64,000 nucleotides of DNA. Source: Nitrospirota bacterium (GTDB lineage: Bacteria > Nitrospirota > Thermodesulfovibrionia > Thermodesulfovibrionales > JdFR-86). Positions 1 to 11,272 of this stretch are shown piece after piece. The stretch is from the NCBI GenBank assembly GCA_963721805.1, contig CAVRJY010000001.1, forward strand, positions 544,001 through 608,000, read 5' to 3'. A model generated the notes under the pieces. It was given only the letters and a program-made list of their open reading frames with translations. It was not told the origin of the DNA and made no database searches. Numbering within the stretch: the first letter of the stretch is position 1; every line of letters begins with the position of its first letter. The position numbers and the translations under genes are program-made.

Positions 1-1399
<1,399 letters not shown>

Positions 1400-1407
1400 G
1401 GGCATAG

Positions 1408-2283
1408 ATGGCAACTCTACGCGACATAAAACGGCGCATCAAGGCGGTAACGAGCACACGGCAGATCACGAAGGCCATGAAGATGGTCTCGGCCTCGAAG
1501 CTCAAGAGGGTGCAGGGCCGGATGCTCGAGATGAGGCCTTACGCAACGAAGATGGACGAGGTCATAAAGAGCCTCGCACGCGGGGCTGACAAGGAATCCA
1601 GCCCGCTGCTGATAGAGCGGCCGCGCAAGAACGTCGAGGTGATCGTCCTTACAAGCGACCGCGGCCTCTGCAGCGCGTTTAACACCAACGTAATGAAGCT
1701 CGCGACCAGGGTCATGGCCGAAATGAAGACGCAGGGCGTCGAGAACGTCCAGATCAGCACCGTGGGCAAGAAGGCCGCTGACTTCTACAGGCGGCGCGGC
1801 ATAAAGCTTAAGAACTCATGGACCGGTTTTTCGGGCCGAGTGAGCTACGAAAACGCGAAGCTCGTCGCGACCTCGATGATCCAGGGCTACGTCTCTGGCG
1901 AGGTCGACGAGGTCGTGGTCATCTATAACAAGTTCAAAAACGTAGTGCAGCAGATACCGACCTCGGTGAAGTTCCTCCCCGCATCGATAGAAGAGGGCGA
2001 GGCCCCCGCGGAAGGCGGCGGCGCTGATTTCATCTATGAGCCCCAGGAGGACGTGCTGCTTGAGTTCCTGCTTCCGAAGAACATAGAGATACAGGTCTTC
2101 AGTGCGCTTCTTGAGTCGCAGACTTCCGAGGAGGCCGCCCGCATGGCCGCCATGGAGAACGCGACGAAGAGCTCCACCGAGATGATCGACAAGCTCTCGC
2201 TCAAATACAACAAGGCGCGCCAGGCCGGCATCACCGCGGACCTCATGGACATCGTCGGCGGCGTGGAGGCACTCAAGCAGTAG
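1408..2283 (+). CDS. atpG: ATP synthase subunit gamma
   Basis: QITKAMKMVSASK, SDRGLC, ARMAAM, YNKARQAGIT. Confidence 0.98.
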   Translation: MATLRDIKRRIKAVTSTRQITKAMKMVSASKLKRVQGRMLEMRPYATKMDEVIKSLARGADKESSPLLIERPRKNVEVIVLTSDRGLCSAFNTNVMKLATRVMAEMKTQGVENVQISTVGKKAADFYRRRGIKLKNSWTGFSGRVSYENAKLVATSMIQGYVSGEVDEVVVIYNKFKNVVQQIPTSVKFLPASIEEGEAPAEGGGADFIYEPQEDVLLEFLLPKNIEIQVFSALLESQTSEEAARMAAMENATKSSTEMIDKLSLKYNKARQAGITADLMDIVGGVEALKQ

Positions 2284-2360
2284 GGCGGTCCGGGGCAGGA
2301 TGCCCGGGCCGATGAAAAGAGCAATTAAGAAGTGATGAGAAATACACGGAGGTAATGTAG

Positions 2361-3785
<1,425 letters not shown>

Positions 3786-3810
3786 GAAGGCTTACGGAGG
3801 ATAGTGAAAC

Positions 3811-4221
3811 GTGGCTGAAACCATACAGCTTGAGATAGTGACCCCGTACGGCACGATATACAGCGAGCCGGTCGAGGAAGTGGGGGCATCCGGCACCGAG
3901 GGCGACTTCGGCGTATACCCGGGCCATGCCCCGATGCTCACCTCGCTCCGCGTGGGCGAGCTCTCAGCCCGCAAGGGCAGTGCGACCGAGTGGTTTTTCG
4001 TGAGCACCGGATTCGCCGAGGTCGGCTCCGAGAAGATCATCGTCCTGGCAGACAGCGCCGAGAACGCGTCATCCATCGACGTGGCGCGCGCGGCCGAGGC
4101 CAAGAAGAGGGCCGAGGAGCGGATCGCAAAGAACGACAATGTCGACTTCCGCCGCGCGGAACTCGCACTTCAGCGCGCAATCATGCGCATAGGCGTTGCC
4201 GAACATTCGAGTGGAAGATAG
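3811..4221 (+). CDS. atpC: ATP synthase subunit epsilon
   Basis: LEIVTP...GDFGVYPGHAPM...GFAEV; GTG start after GGAGG. Confidence 0.96.
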   Translation: MAETIQLEIVTPYGTIYSEPVEEVGASGTEGDFGVYPGHAPMLTSLRVGELSARKGSATEWFFVSTGFAEVGSEKIIVLADSAENASSIDVARAAEAKKRAEERIAKNDNVDFRRAELALQRAIMRIGVAEHSSGR

Positions 4222-4245
4222 GGCGCGGATAAAATTTAACGGCTG

Positions 4246-4309
4246 AAAATACCGGGGGCGTGCCGCAGAGATATGGGGGTGGGACCCGGCGGTACGCTCC
4301 CGGTTTTTT
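4246..4309. terminator. Intrinsic terminator after atpC with a large loop, probably bidirectional
   Basis: ACCGGGGGCGTGCCG pairs with CGGTACGCTCCCGGT (with G-U pairs), followed by a T-run and preceded by an A-run; lies between convergent genes. Confidence 0.7.
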
Positions 4310-4356
4310 GTTCGGCAGGTATACGAACCCGGCCGTGAGCGCCTTGGTACGAGTCT

Positions 4357-5250
4357 CTAGGTGAGGGACCGCGTCCCCTTCAGGAAATCCCTGAACGCGG
4401 AATATTTGGGCGGCAGAGCCCGCTTTTTATGCGTCGAGACATAAAACTCCCTCTTGAGCGTCGCGCCGTGTATCGGGATCTCAACGAGCGCACCATACTC
4501 CAATTCATCCTGTACCGCTACCCTGGAGATGAAGCTCACGCCCATCGCTGACTTCACGGCCTGCTTTATGCACTCGGTCGAGCCCAGTATGGCCGCGACC
4601 TGAAGCGAGCGCGGGGCTATGCCGTGGGATTCGAGGAACCGCTCCATGATCTTCCGCGTCCCCGAGCCGCGCTCCCTTATGACGAACGGGAGCCCGGCGA
4701 TCGCCCTAAGCGCGATCTTCTTTTTCCTGAGCAGGCCGGGCGAGGCGACCAGTATCATCTCGTCGTCCGCAAACGGCTCGTAATTCAGGCGTTCGGGCTC
4801 CATGACCGCCCCCACGCAGCCCATCATTATCTCGTTGCCCTGCACCCACTGGGCCACCTGCTGCGAGTCGCCGATGCGCACCTCGATCGAGACCTCCGGG
4901 TGCAGGGCCCTGAACCTCTGGAACAGCACCGGGATGATGTACGTCCCCGGTATCGTGCTTGCGCCGACGAGTATCGTCCCCGAGATGCTCCCGGACATCC
5001 TCTCGGCGGTGTCCTTAAGGGCCTCGGCCTCCTGGATGATCCTGATGACCTTGCGGTAGATGCCTTCGGCCTCGCGCGTCGGGACGATGTTGCGGTTGAG
5101 CCTGTCAAACAGGTTGCAGCCGAGTTCGTCCTCGAGGCCCTTGATGTGTTCGCTGATCGTGGGCTGGCTCAGGCCGAGTTCGGCCGCGGCCTTCGTGAAG
5201 CTCCTGTTGTTGAATACCGCAACGAACGAGACCAGCTTGCCGATGTCCAT
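4357..5250 (-). CDS. LysR-family transcriptional regulator (CysL / selenium-metabolism-associated type)
   Basis: SFTKAAAELGLSQPTISEHIKGLEDELG HTH; GASTIPGTY and RERGSGTR motifs; divergent from the yedF-like gene. Confidence 0.92.
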   Translation of the reverse strand: MDIGKLVSFVAVFNNRSFTKAAAELGLSQPTISEHIKGLEDELGCNLFDRLNRNIVPTREAEGIYRKVIRIIQEAEALKDTAERMSGSISGTILVGASTIPGTYIIPVLFQRFRALHPEVSIEVRIGDSQQVAQWVQGNEIMMGCVGAVMEPERLNYEPFADDEMILVASPGLLRKKKIALRAIAGLPFVIRERGSGTRKIMERFLESHGIAPRSLQVAAILGSTECIKQAVKSAMGVSFISRVAVQDELEYGALVEIPIHGATLKREFYVSTHKKRALPPKYSAFRDFLKGTRSLT

Positions 5251-5256
5251 GTCCTT

Positions 5257-5271
5257 ATAGCCTTTCTCGAT
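5257..5271. promoter_or_regulatory. Candidate LysR T-N11-A box
   Basis: ATAG-N7-CGAT just upstream of the LysR start, in the divergent intergenic region. Confidence 0.4.
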
Positions 5272-5376
5272 TCATATGGGTGCGCTCCATTATTTTAGGC
5301 TATTTGACTTGTCTATTGCAAGAATTGCTAATATCGATGTGAAGGCCTTGATAACAGGGCCGGGGAGGCCATTGAA

Positions 5377-5760
5377 ATGGGATGCGACAAGCCTGAAGGG
5401 GCCGGGAATGTGAGAGACTCTGCTGTCGAAAACGCGCTGTTCATAGTTGTGACCTCGGATGTCATGGGGCGCGACCCCGATATCGGCCGCGTGCTGATGA
5501 AGGGTTTCTTCGAGACCATGAAGGCCACGGCCGCATATCCGCGTGCGGTATTTTTCATGAACGCCGGGGTGAGGCTGACTACCGTGGACGAGGAGTTCGT
5601 CCCCCTGCTTAAGGCCATCGAAGAGGCCGGAGTCGAGGTGTTCTCCTGCGGCACCTGCCTCAAGCATTATGGGTTCGAGGAGGCCCTGAAAGTCGGATAT
5701 CGCGGCAGCACCGCTCAGGTGCTCGAGGGCATAAAAGAAGCCCGGACGCTATGGATATGA
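5377..5760 (+). CDS. YedF-like / DsrE-fold sulfur-selenium relay protein (no N-terminal SirA/TusA domain)
   Basis: MGRDPDIGRVLMKGFFETM...FFMNAGVRL...GVEVFSCGTCLKHYG...LKVG pattern. Confidence 0.8.
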   Translation: MGCDKPEGAGNVRDSAVENALFIVVTSDVMGRDPDIGRVLMKGFFETMKATAAYPRAVFFMNAGVRLTTVDEEFVPLLKAIEEAGVEVFSCGTCLKHYGFEEALKVGYRGSTAQVLEGIKEARTLWI

Positions 5761-5810
5761 ACGCTTTGCAACGGTTTCGGAGAGATGAAACTGTAACTTT
5801 AGGGGCCACT

Positions 5811-5839
5811 TTGCTTGTCAAGACTTTTTGTGCTAAACT
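5811..5839 (+). promoter_or_regulatory. Sigma70-like promoter of the cytochrome/Fe-S/NrfD operon
   Basis: TTGCTT-17 bp-TAAACT with an extended TG. Confidence 0.55.
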
Positions 5840-5848
5840 CAAAATGAA

Positions 5849-6310
5849 ATGAAAAACCATATATACCGTCCACTGTATGTCGTCGTCGCACTGATCGCCG
5901 TGATACTCATCGCAAGGGCGATTTATGTGCCGAAGGATTTCGGTATCCAGGCCAGGGGATACCGCTTCGGCTGGCACAGGCTGGGCAACGAGCAGGAATG
6001 GAAGGACTTCACTTCCAAGTATGCCCAGAAGGATTATTGCAAGGGGTGCCACTCGGACAAGGCAGATCAAATCGCTGCCTCGCCGCACGTGATCATCCCC
6101 TGCCAGGACTGCCATGGGCCCGCGTTGCAGCACCCGGATAACCCGCCGAAGCTGGCCATCGACAAGGCCCGCTCCCTGTGCCTGCGTTGCCACGCCAAGC
6201 TCGTGGACGTGGGTTCCGGAAGGGCCGGAATCCGGGGCATAGACGACTCTCAGCATAACCCGGGCGCGGAGTGTGTCAGCTGTCATAACCCGCATTCCCC
6301 CGTGATATAG
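5849..6310 (+). CDS. Membrane-anchored tetraheme cytochrome c (CbcS-like)
   Basis: N-terminal TM helix; four CxxCH (CKGCH, CQDCH, CLRCH, CVSCH). Confidence 0.9.
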   Translation: MKNHIYRPLYVVVALIAVILIARAIYVPKDFGIQARGYRFGWHRLGNEQEWKDFTSKYAQKDYCKGCHSDKADQIAASPHVIIPCQDCHGPALQHPDNPPKLAIDKARSLCLRCHAKLVDVGSGRAGIRGIDDSQHNPGAECVSCHNPHSPVI

Positions 6311-6315
6311 GTGCC

Positions 6316-7095
6316 ATGATGATAACGAGAAGAAATTTCATAAAGAATGCGTGTATCGGGGCGGCGGCGCTCGGCGCGGCCTCTCTGACAGGGATTAAAG
6401 GGGTGCATGCGTCCGAGCCCCCGAGCAAGGACTTGCGCTACGGCTTCCTCGTCGACACGTACAAGTGCGTCGGCTGCGGCATGTGCGTCAAGGCCTGCAA
6501 GCTGGAAAACGAGATACCCTGGAATATCCCGGCCTCGCGCACGTGGGTCGAGCGGTACGTCGTCAAGAAAGACGGCGAGGTGCTGGCAGACTCGCCGATG
6601 GCCGGCCGCGACGGGTTCACCGATCCAAAGATAGACCAGGGCGAGGACTTCCCCAAGGCGACCGTGGCCGAGGCCGATGTCTCCAAGACGATCTTCGTCC
6701 CCAAGCTCTGCAACCAGTGCGACAAGCCCGCCTGCGTGCAGGTCTGCCCGGTCGGCGCGACCTACCAGACCGCCGAGGGCATAGTCCTGGTCGACCGCAC
6801 CTGGTGTATCGGCTGCGGCTACTGCATCGAGGCCTGCCCCTACGGCGTGAGGTTCTTCAACCCCATCTACGGGACGGCCGAGAAGTGCACGTGGTGCTAC
6901 CATCGCATCTCCAAGGGCATGAAGCCCGCTTGCGTGGATGCCTGCCCGTTCGGTGCCAGGGACATCGGCAACTTGAAAGACCCCAACGACCCCGTGACGA
7001 AGATCATTATGGAGGAGCGCGTGCAGGTACTCAAGGAAGAGTTCGGAACTGGGCCTCAGGCCTTCTACCGCGGGCTTGATTGGAGGATCCGGTGA
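6316..7095 (+). CDS. Tat-exported 4x[4Fe-4S] protein (NrfC/DsrO/CbcT-like)
   Basis: TRRNFIK Tat motif; CVGCGMCVKAC, CNQCDKPACVQVCP, CIGCGYCIEACP, CTWC...PACVDACP. Confidence 0.93.
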   Translation: MMITRRNFIKNACIGAAALGAASLTGIKGVHASEPPSKDLRYGFLVDTYKCVGCGMCVKACKLENEIPWNIPASRTWVERYVVKKDGEVLADSPMAGRDGFTDPKIDQGEDFPKATVAEADVSKTIFVPKLCNQCDKPACVQVCPVGATYQTAEGIVLVDRTWCIGCGYCIEACPYGVRFFNPIYGTAEKCTWCYHRISKGMKPACVDACPFGARDIGNLKDPNDPVTKIIMEERVQVLKEEFGTGPQAFYRGLDWRIR

Positions 7096-8363
7096 TCGAC
7101 CCCAATACTATTACAGAAGTACACGGCTCCCTCTGGACCGTAAAAGAGCTGTTCGTATATCCCAACGAGTTCATCGTCTGGAGCATACAGATCGTCATGT
7201 ACCCTTACATGACCGGTCTCGTGGCCGGGGCGTTCGTGCTCTCGTCGCTCTACCATGTCTTCGGCCGCGAGGAGCTCAAGGGAATAGCCTCTTTCTCGCT
7301 CGCGTTCAGCTTCGCGCTCCTGCCGGTGGCCATGATGCCGCTGGAGCTGCACCTGCAACACCCCTTCCGCGGGGTCGAGGTCTTCTTCACGCCTCACTTC
7401 ACCTCGGCCATCGCTGCGTTCGGCATCGTGTTCAGCACCTATGGGGCCATAGTGGCCTCCGAGATCTGGTTCGTTTACAGGAAGTTCTTCGTCGAGGAGG
7501 CCAAGAGGCTTTCCAAGGCATCGGGCTTCGACGCGTTCAGAGGCAAGGTATACTCAATCCTGACCCTCGGCGCCTGGGACGTCTCAGAAGATGCGATACA
7601 CGCAGACCACAAGGCGGTCAGTCTGCTGGCCGCCATCGGCATCCCGGTCGCGTGCTTCCTGCACGGGTATGCCGGGTTCATCTTCGGCTCGGTCAAGGCC
7701 AACGCGCTGTGGATGACGCCGCTGATGCCGGTCATCTTCATCGTCTCCGCTATCGTCTCGGGCATCGCGCTTTGCATGTTCGTCTACACCTGCGTGCTCG
7801 AGATCGCGCGGCACCGCCACCGCAACGAGCCCAACCACAAAGAGGTCGCGCTCCAGCTGAGGGATACACAGCGCAAGACGATAGCCGATACCAGGAAATA
7901 TCTCCTCGCGTTCCTGATCGCTGCGATCACGCTTGAGCTGCTGGACCTCGTTTTCCGCGGCTATACCGCCGTCAAGAGCTGGAACATCCTCAGCACGGTC
8001 ATATTCCAGAGGGACTTCGTAAAGATCTTCATCCTGCAGTACACGGTCGGCGACCTGATACCCTTCGTCCTGCTGATCCTCCCCGGCAAGATCTCACTCA
8101 AGCGCACGATGGCCGCGCTCCTCATGATCCTGTTTGGCGTGTTCATGATGCGCTGGAACGTCGTCATCGGCGGCCAGTCGTTCTCGCTGAGCTTCGCCGG
8201 GTACATGGACTACGTCCTGCCGATCATCCCCCGCAGCTGGGAGACCCTGAAGGAGGGCGTCGTTGGGGCGCTCGCGGTCATCGCCACGCCGTTTTTGCTG
8301 CTTTACATCATCAGTTTCTTCATCCCTATCGTCCCGAAGCTCGGGAACAAGGCGGAGCACTAA
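7092..8363 (+). CDS. NrfD/PsrC-family quinol-interacting membrane subunit (CbcU-like)
   Basis: WSIQIVMYPYMTGLVAGAF, LHGYAGFIFG, RWNVVIGGQ; GTG start at 7092 overlaps the upstream TGA; GGAGG at 7082-7086. Confidence 0.92.
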   Translation: MIDPNTITEVHGSLWTVKELFVYPNEFIVWSIQIVMYPYMTGLVAGAFVLSSLYHVFGREELKGIASFSLAFSFALLPVAMMPLELHLQHPFRGVEVFFTPHFTSAIAAFGIVFSTYGAIVASEIWFVYRKFFVEEAKRLSKASGFDAFRGKVYSILTLGAWDVSEDAIHADHKAVSLLAAIGIPVACFLHGYAGFIFGSVKANALWMTPLMPVIFIVSAIVSGIALCMFVYTCVLEIARHRHRNEPNHKEVALQLRDTQRKTIADTRKYLLAFLIAAITLELLDLVFRGYTAVKSWNILSTVIFQRDFVKIFILQYTVGDLIPFVLLILPGKISLKRTMAALLMILFGVFMMRWNVVIGGQSFSLSFAGYMDYVLPIIPRSWETLKEGVVGALAVIATPFLLLYIISFFIPIVPKLGNKAEH

Positions 8364-8393
8364 GCCGTATAAAGCCTGCGATCGCGAAACCCG

Positions 8394-8423
8394 AGGGGCC
8401 CTTTTACAGGGCCCCTTTTTTTT
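8394..8423 (+). terminator. Rho-independent terminator
   Basis: AGGGGCCCT-TTTAC-AGGGCCCCT followed by a T-run. Confidence 0.88.
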
Positions 8424-8522
8424 GATCAGCCTCCCTCTGCGCAGACGACAAGCGCCTGTCTGAGGCCGGTCCCGGCAAGGCTTAGGCTGGCATGTTATAG
8501 TATTTGATGCTCAGGGGGGTGG

Positions 8523-9197
8523 ATGGATAAGGACGCAGCGTTAAAGCTCAAGGTCGTGGGTTTTTTCTCCGCCCTCACCGACGACGAATTCCAGCGGATC
8601 GGCCACCGCGTCAGGATCGAGAGGTTCCAGCGTGGGACCGCGATCTTAAACGAGACCGACACGAACGAGTATATGTACGCTGTAGTCGAAGGTGAGGTGA
8701 AGGCCTCACGCACCCTCGATGACGGCCGCGAGACTATCCTCGCCATACACGGCGCTGGCGAGTCCTTCGGGGAACTCGCTCTGATCGACGGCCGGACCGC
8801 CCCGGCCACGGTCACGGCCGCAAGAGACTCCATTGTTGCGCTCATAGCGAAGCGTGATTTTCACGAGATCCTTATGGCCGACCGGAAGGTGCTCTCCTAT
8901 TTTCTCCGCCTGATGTGCTCCCGCCTCCGCGAGGCCTGGCGCACGCATGAGATACTCCAGCAGCGGGACGCCTGCGAGCGGATCAGGATGATGCTCGGAA
9001 AGCTCGCCGCGGAGCGCGGCACACAGCTCCCGGAGGGAGTGCTGATCAACTCACGCCTGACCCACCAGGAGATGGCCGAGATGACCGGCCTGACGCGCGA
9101 GACCGTCACGCGCGTGATCGACCAGATGAAACTGGACGGCCATTTAAGGCTCGGCGAAGACCGCCTGTACGTACTTCTGAAAGATTTTTTTGCGTAG
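8523..9197 (+). CDS. Crp/Fnr-family transcriptional regulator
   Basis: cNMP-binding-like domain (GESFGELALID); HTH LTHQEMAEMTGLTRETVTR. Confidence 0.93.
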   Translation: MDKDAALKLKVVGFFSALTDDEFQRIGHRVRIERFQRGTAILNETDTNEYMYAVVEGEVKASRTLDDGRETILAIHGAGESFGELALIDGRTAPATVTAARDSIVALIAKRDFHEILMADRKVLSYFLRLMCSRLREAWRTHEILQQRDACERIRMMLGKLAAERGTQLPEGVLINSRLTHQEMAEMTGLTRETVTRVIDQMKLDGHLRLGEDRLYVLLKDFFA

Positions 9198-9327
9198 TCA
9201 GCTTCCGAAATAACAAAATCAATTGCCTTCCGCATCCATGCGCTGGGCCATGTTTGTGGGTGTTTCAATCAAAGGCTTAATCCACAATCCCGTTGCCTCC
9301 ATTTTTTATCCCGGAATGCCGGTCCAT

Positions 9328-9360
9328 TTCACAGGATATTCACATTGAGCATGTTACTAT
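9328..9360 (+). promoter_or_regulatory. Extended -10 promoter with 11-bp-spaced TTCACA direct repeats
   Basis: TTCACA 9328-9333 and 9339-9344; TGtTACTAT 9352-9360; same layout recurs at 11171-11202. Confidence 0.55.
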
Positions 9361-9389
9361 ACATGCGAAAAATCGAAACAGTATAAATA

Positions 9390-9489
9390 CTCTGCTCAGA
9401 GCAAACCGAGGGGAAACCCCGGGGCGCAGAGCAACGGGACTAAACAACGGGGACGCGGTTCCCGTTCCATGTCAGCCGGGCCGCCAGAG
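9390..9489 (+). ncRNA. GEMM-I (c-di-GMP-I family) riboswitch, A20 variant, predicted to sense 3',3'-cGAMP
   Basis: P1 CTCTG/CAGAG; GCAAACC...GAAA...GGGGCGCAGAGC P2; CGGGACTAAAC...GTCAGCCGG P3; aligning by eye to the Vc2 aptamer puts A (9400) at position 20. Confidence 0.88.
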
Positions 9490-9520
9490 GGAAGCGTACT
9501 CTGGCGGTTTTTCTTTTTTT
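9481..9520 (+). terminator. Riboswitch expression-platform terminator
   Basis: CCGCCAGAG (9481-9489) / CTCTGGCGG (9499-9507) followed by TTTTTCTTTTTTT; its 5' arm is the 3' strand of P1. Confidence 0.88.
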
Positions 9521-9714
9521 GGCTGCCTCTAGGGGAGGGAGCCGATCCGATGTGCGTGATGGCTGAGGTACAGTTGCGCCTTCACGAACATGGCAACGAA
9601 AACTCCGGATCGAAGGGAGGGGATAAGACGATTAGGGGCGTTTCCCAAATATGACAGTTTTTTTCTCAAGGACGTGAAACGAGTTCAACCAAATATAAAG
9701 GAGGCGTTAAGAGT

Positions 9715-11034
9715 ATGAGGAAATATTCAGCGGGCATAGCAGCGCTGGCCGTGTTATTCGCCCTGTCATTCGGCATGGGTGCGGTGGCGCATGCGGATGA
9801 CGGTGGCGACGGCGTGAGTGCAAAGACGATCGGCGCGGCATCAAGCGCATATGTCGTGTTCTCCTGGAACGACCTCGGCATGCACTGCATGAACCCCACT
9901 TACGACAAGGCGGTTATCCTGCCTCCGTATAACAACCTCTACGTACAGGTCGTGAAGCGCGGCAACCCGCCCATGATTGTCAACAGCGGGATCTCCGTCT
10001 CGTACAGCATCGCCGGCAATACGTATACCTACGGCAAGCGCAGCTACGGCCAGTTTTGGGACAATATGATGGAGCTGTTCGGCATATCGCTGCCCAAAAA
10101 CAAGGGGCTTAACCTGACGGACCCGACCGTCAATAACGGTCTTTCGGGAAAGATGCTTGCGAAGCCTGACTATTACGTCGCCAACGGCATACCCGTCTCT
10201 CCGGTCTCGGACAAGGGTGCCTGGAACCCCTACCAGGTAGCGAATATCACGGTCAAGAACAGCTCCGGTACGGTCATCGCCAGGACGCAGGCCACCATCC
10301 CGGTCTCGGACGAGATCAGCTGCTCGAAGTGCCACGGGGCCGACCCGTTCGACGATATCCTCACCAAGCATGACGCGATGCACGGCACCGACCTGATGAA
10401 CAGCAAGCCGGTCATATGCGCCGGCTGCCACGGCGATCCGATTCTCGGCCAGACCGACACGGGCGCGGCGGGCATCTACCTCTCCGCGGCGATACACAGC
10501 TCACACGCCGACAGGGGCGCAGCCTGTTATGACTGCCACCCGGGGGACAAGACGCAGTGCAGCAGGAGCCTCGCCCACACCGCACCTGACGGCAACTGCA
10601 CGACCTGCCACGGCCAGATGAGCGACGTCGGCGGCAGCATTCTAAACGGCACGCGCACCCCCTGGGCCGGCGAGCCCAAGTGCTATACCTGCCACAACGT
10701 CGCAAGCCAGGTCGACACCGGCGATGCCCTCTACCGCAACTCACGCGGCCACGGCAATATGTTCTGCTCGGCTTGCCACGGAAGCCCGCATGCCATGGTC
10801 CCCACTAGCAAGGCCTCGGATAACTATCAGGCCATACAGGACCAGAGCGCAGCCTACACGATCGGTGACTGCAGGGTCTGCCACCAGACCTCGCGCGGCG
10901 GCGGCAGCGCCTCTGAGTTCGCCGAGGAGCATGGCGGCAGCAACAAGAGCGCCTGCAACGTTTGTCACACCGGCTACAAGTCAGCGCGCGACACCACCAA
11001 GTGGCCGCATAACTTCCTCTGGAAGTCGAGATAA
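9715..11034 (+). CDS. Secreted octaheme cytochrome c, paralog 1
   Basis: Sec signal (AHA|DD); about 170-aa heme-free domain starting WNDLGMHC; 8 CxxCH; AGGAGG RBS. Confidence 0.92.
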   Translation: MRKYSAGIAALAVLFALSFGMGAVAHADDGGDGVSAKTIGAASSAYVVFSWNDLGMHCMNPTYDKAVILPPYNNLYVQVVKRGNPPMIVNSGISVSYSIAGNTYTYGKRSYGQFWDNMMELFGISLPKNKGLNLTDPTVNNGLSGKMLAKPDYYVANGIPVSPVSDKGAWNPYQVANITVKNSSGTVIARTQATIPVSDEISCSKCHGADPFDDILTKHDAMHGTDLMNSKPVICAGCHGDPILGQTDTGAAGIYLSAAIHSSHADRGAACYDCHPGDKTQCSRSLAHTAPDGNCTTCHGQMSDVGGSILNGTRTPWAGEPKCYTCHNVASQVDTGDALYRNSRGHGNMFCSACHGSPHAMVPTSKASDNYQAIQDQSAAYTIGDCRVCHQTSRGGGSASEFAEEHGGSNKSACNVCHTGYKSARDTTKWPHNFLWKSR

Positions 11035-11063
11035 GCACAAACATATAGCCACGCCGCACCGCT

Positions 11064-11101
11064 ACACGGCCCCGCATGGATGTGCGGGGCCGTGTTTTTT
11101 T
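11064..11101 (+). terminator. Rho-independent terminator
   Basis: ACACGGCCCCGCA-TGGATG-TGCGGGGCCGTGT plus a T-run. Confidence 0.88.
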
Positions 11102-11170
11102 CGCCGAAGCCCCTGTGCGGAATACGTTGCATCGCATAGGCGTGCCGGTTCCCGCGATTGCGCGGCCCGG

Positions 11171-11202
11171 TTCACAGATTATTCATATTCAGGTGTTAAA
11201 AT
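11171..11202 (+). promoter_or_regulatory. Promoter of paralog 2 with the same direct repeats
   Basis: TTCACA 11171-11176, TTCATA 11182-11187, TGtTAAAAT 11194-11202. Confidence 0.55.
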
Positions 11203-11272
11203 ATTTCGAACAATCTAAACTGAAGCGGCCCTGTTCAGGGCGAACTGTTTCACAAAACCAACAGGAGGCACA

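Noticed and set aside
5758..7095. UGA stops of the yedF-like and Fe-S genes as selenocysteine codons
   Set aside because: Both fall at the natural C-termini; the second is a GTGA stop/start overlap
11210..11245. CTAAAC-TGAA...TTCAG-GGCGAA in the paralog 2 leader resembling a GEMM P2 remnant
   Set aside because: No GNRA loop, P3, P1 or terminator; too short to call
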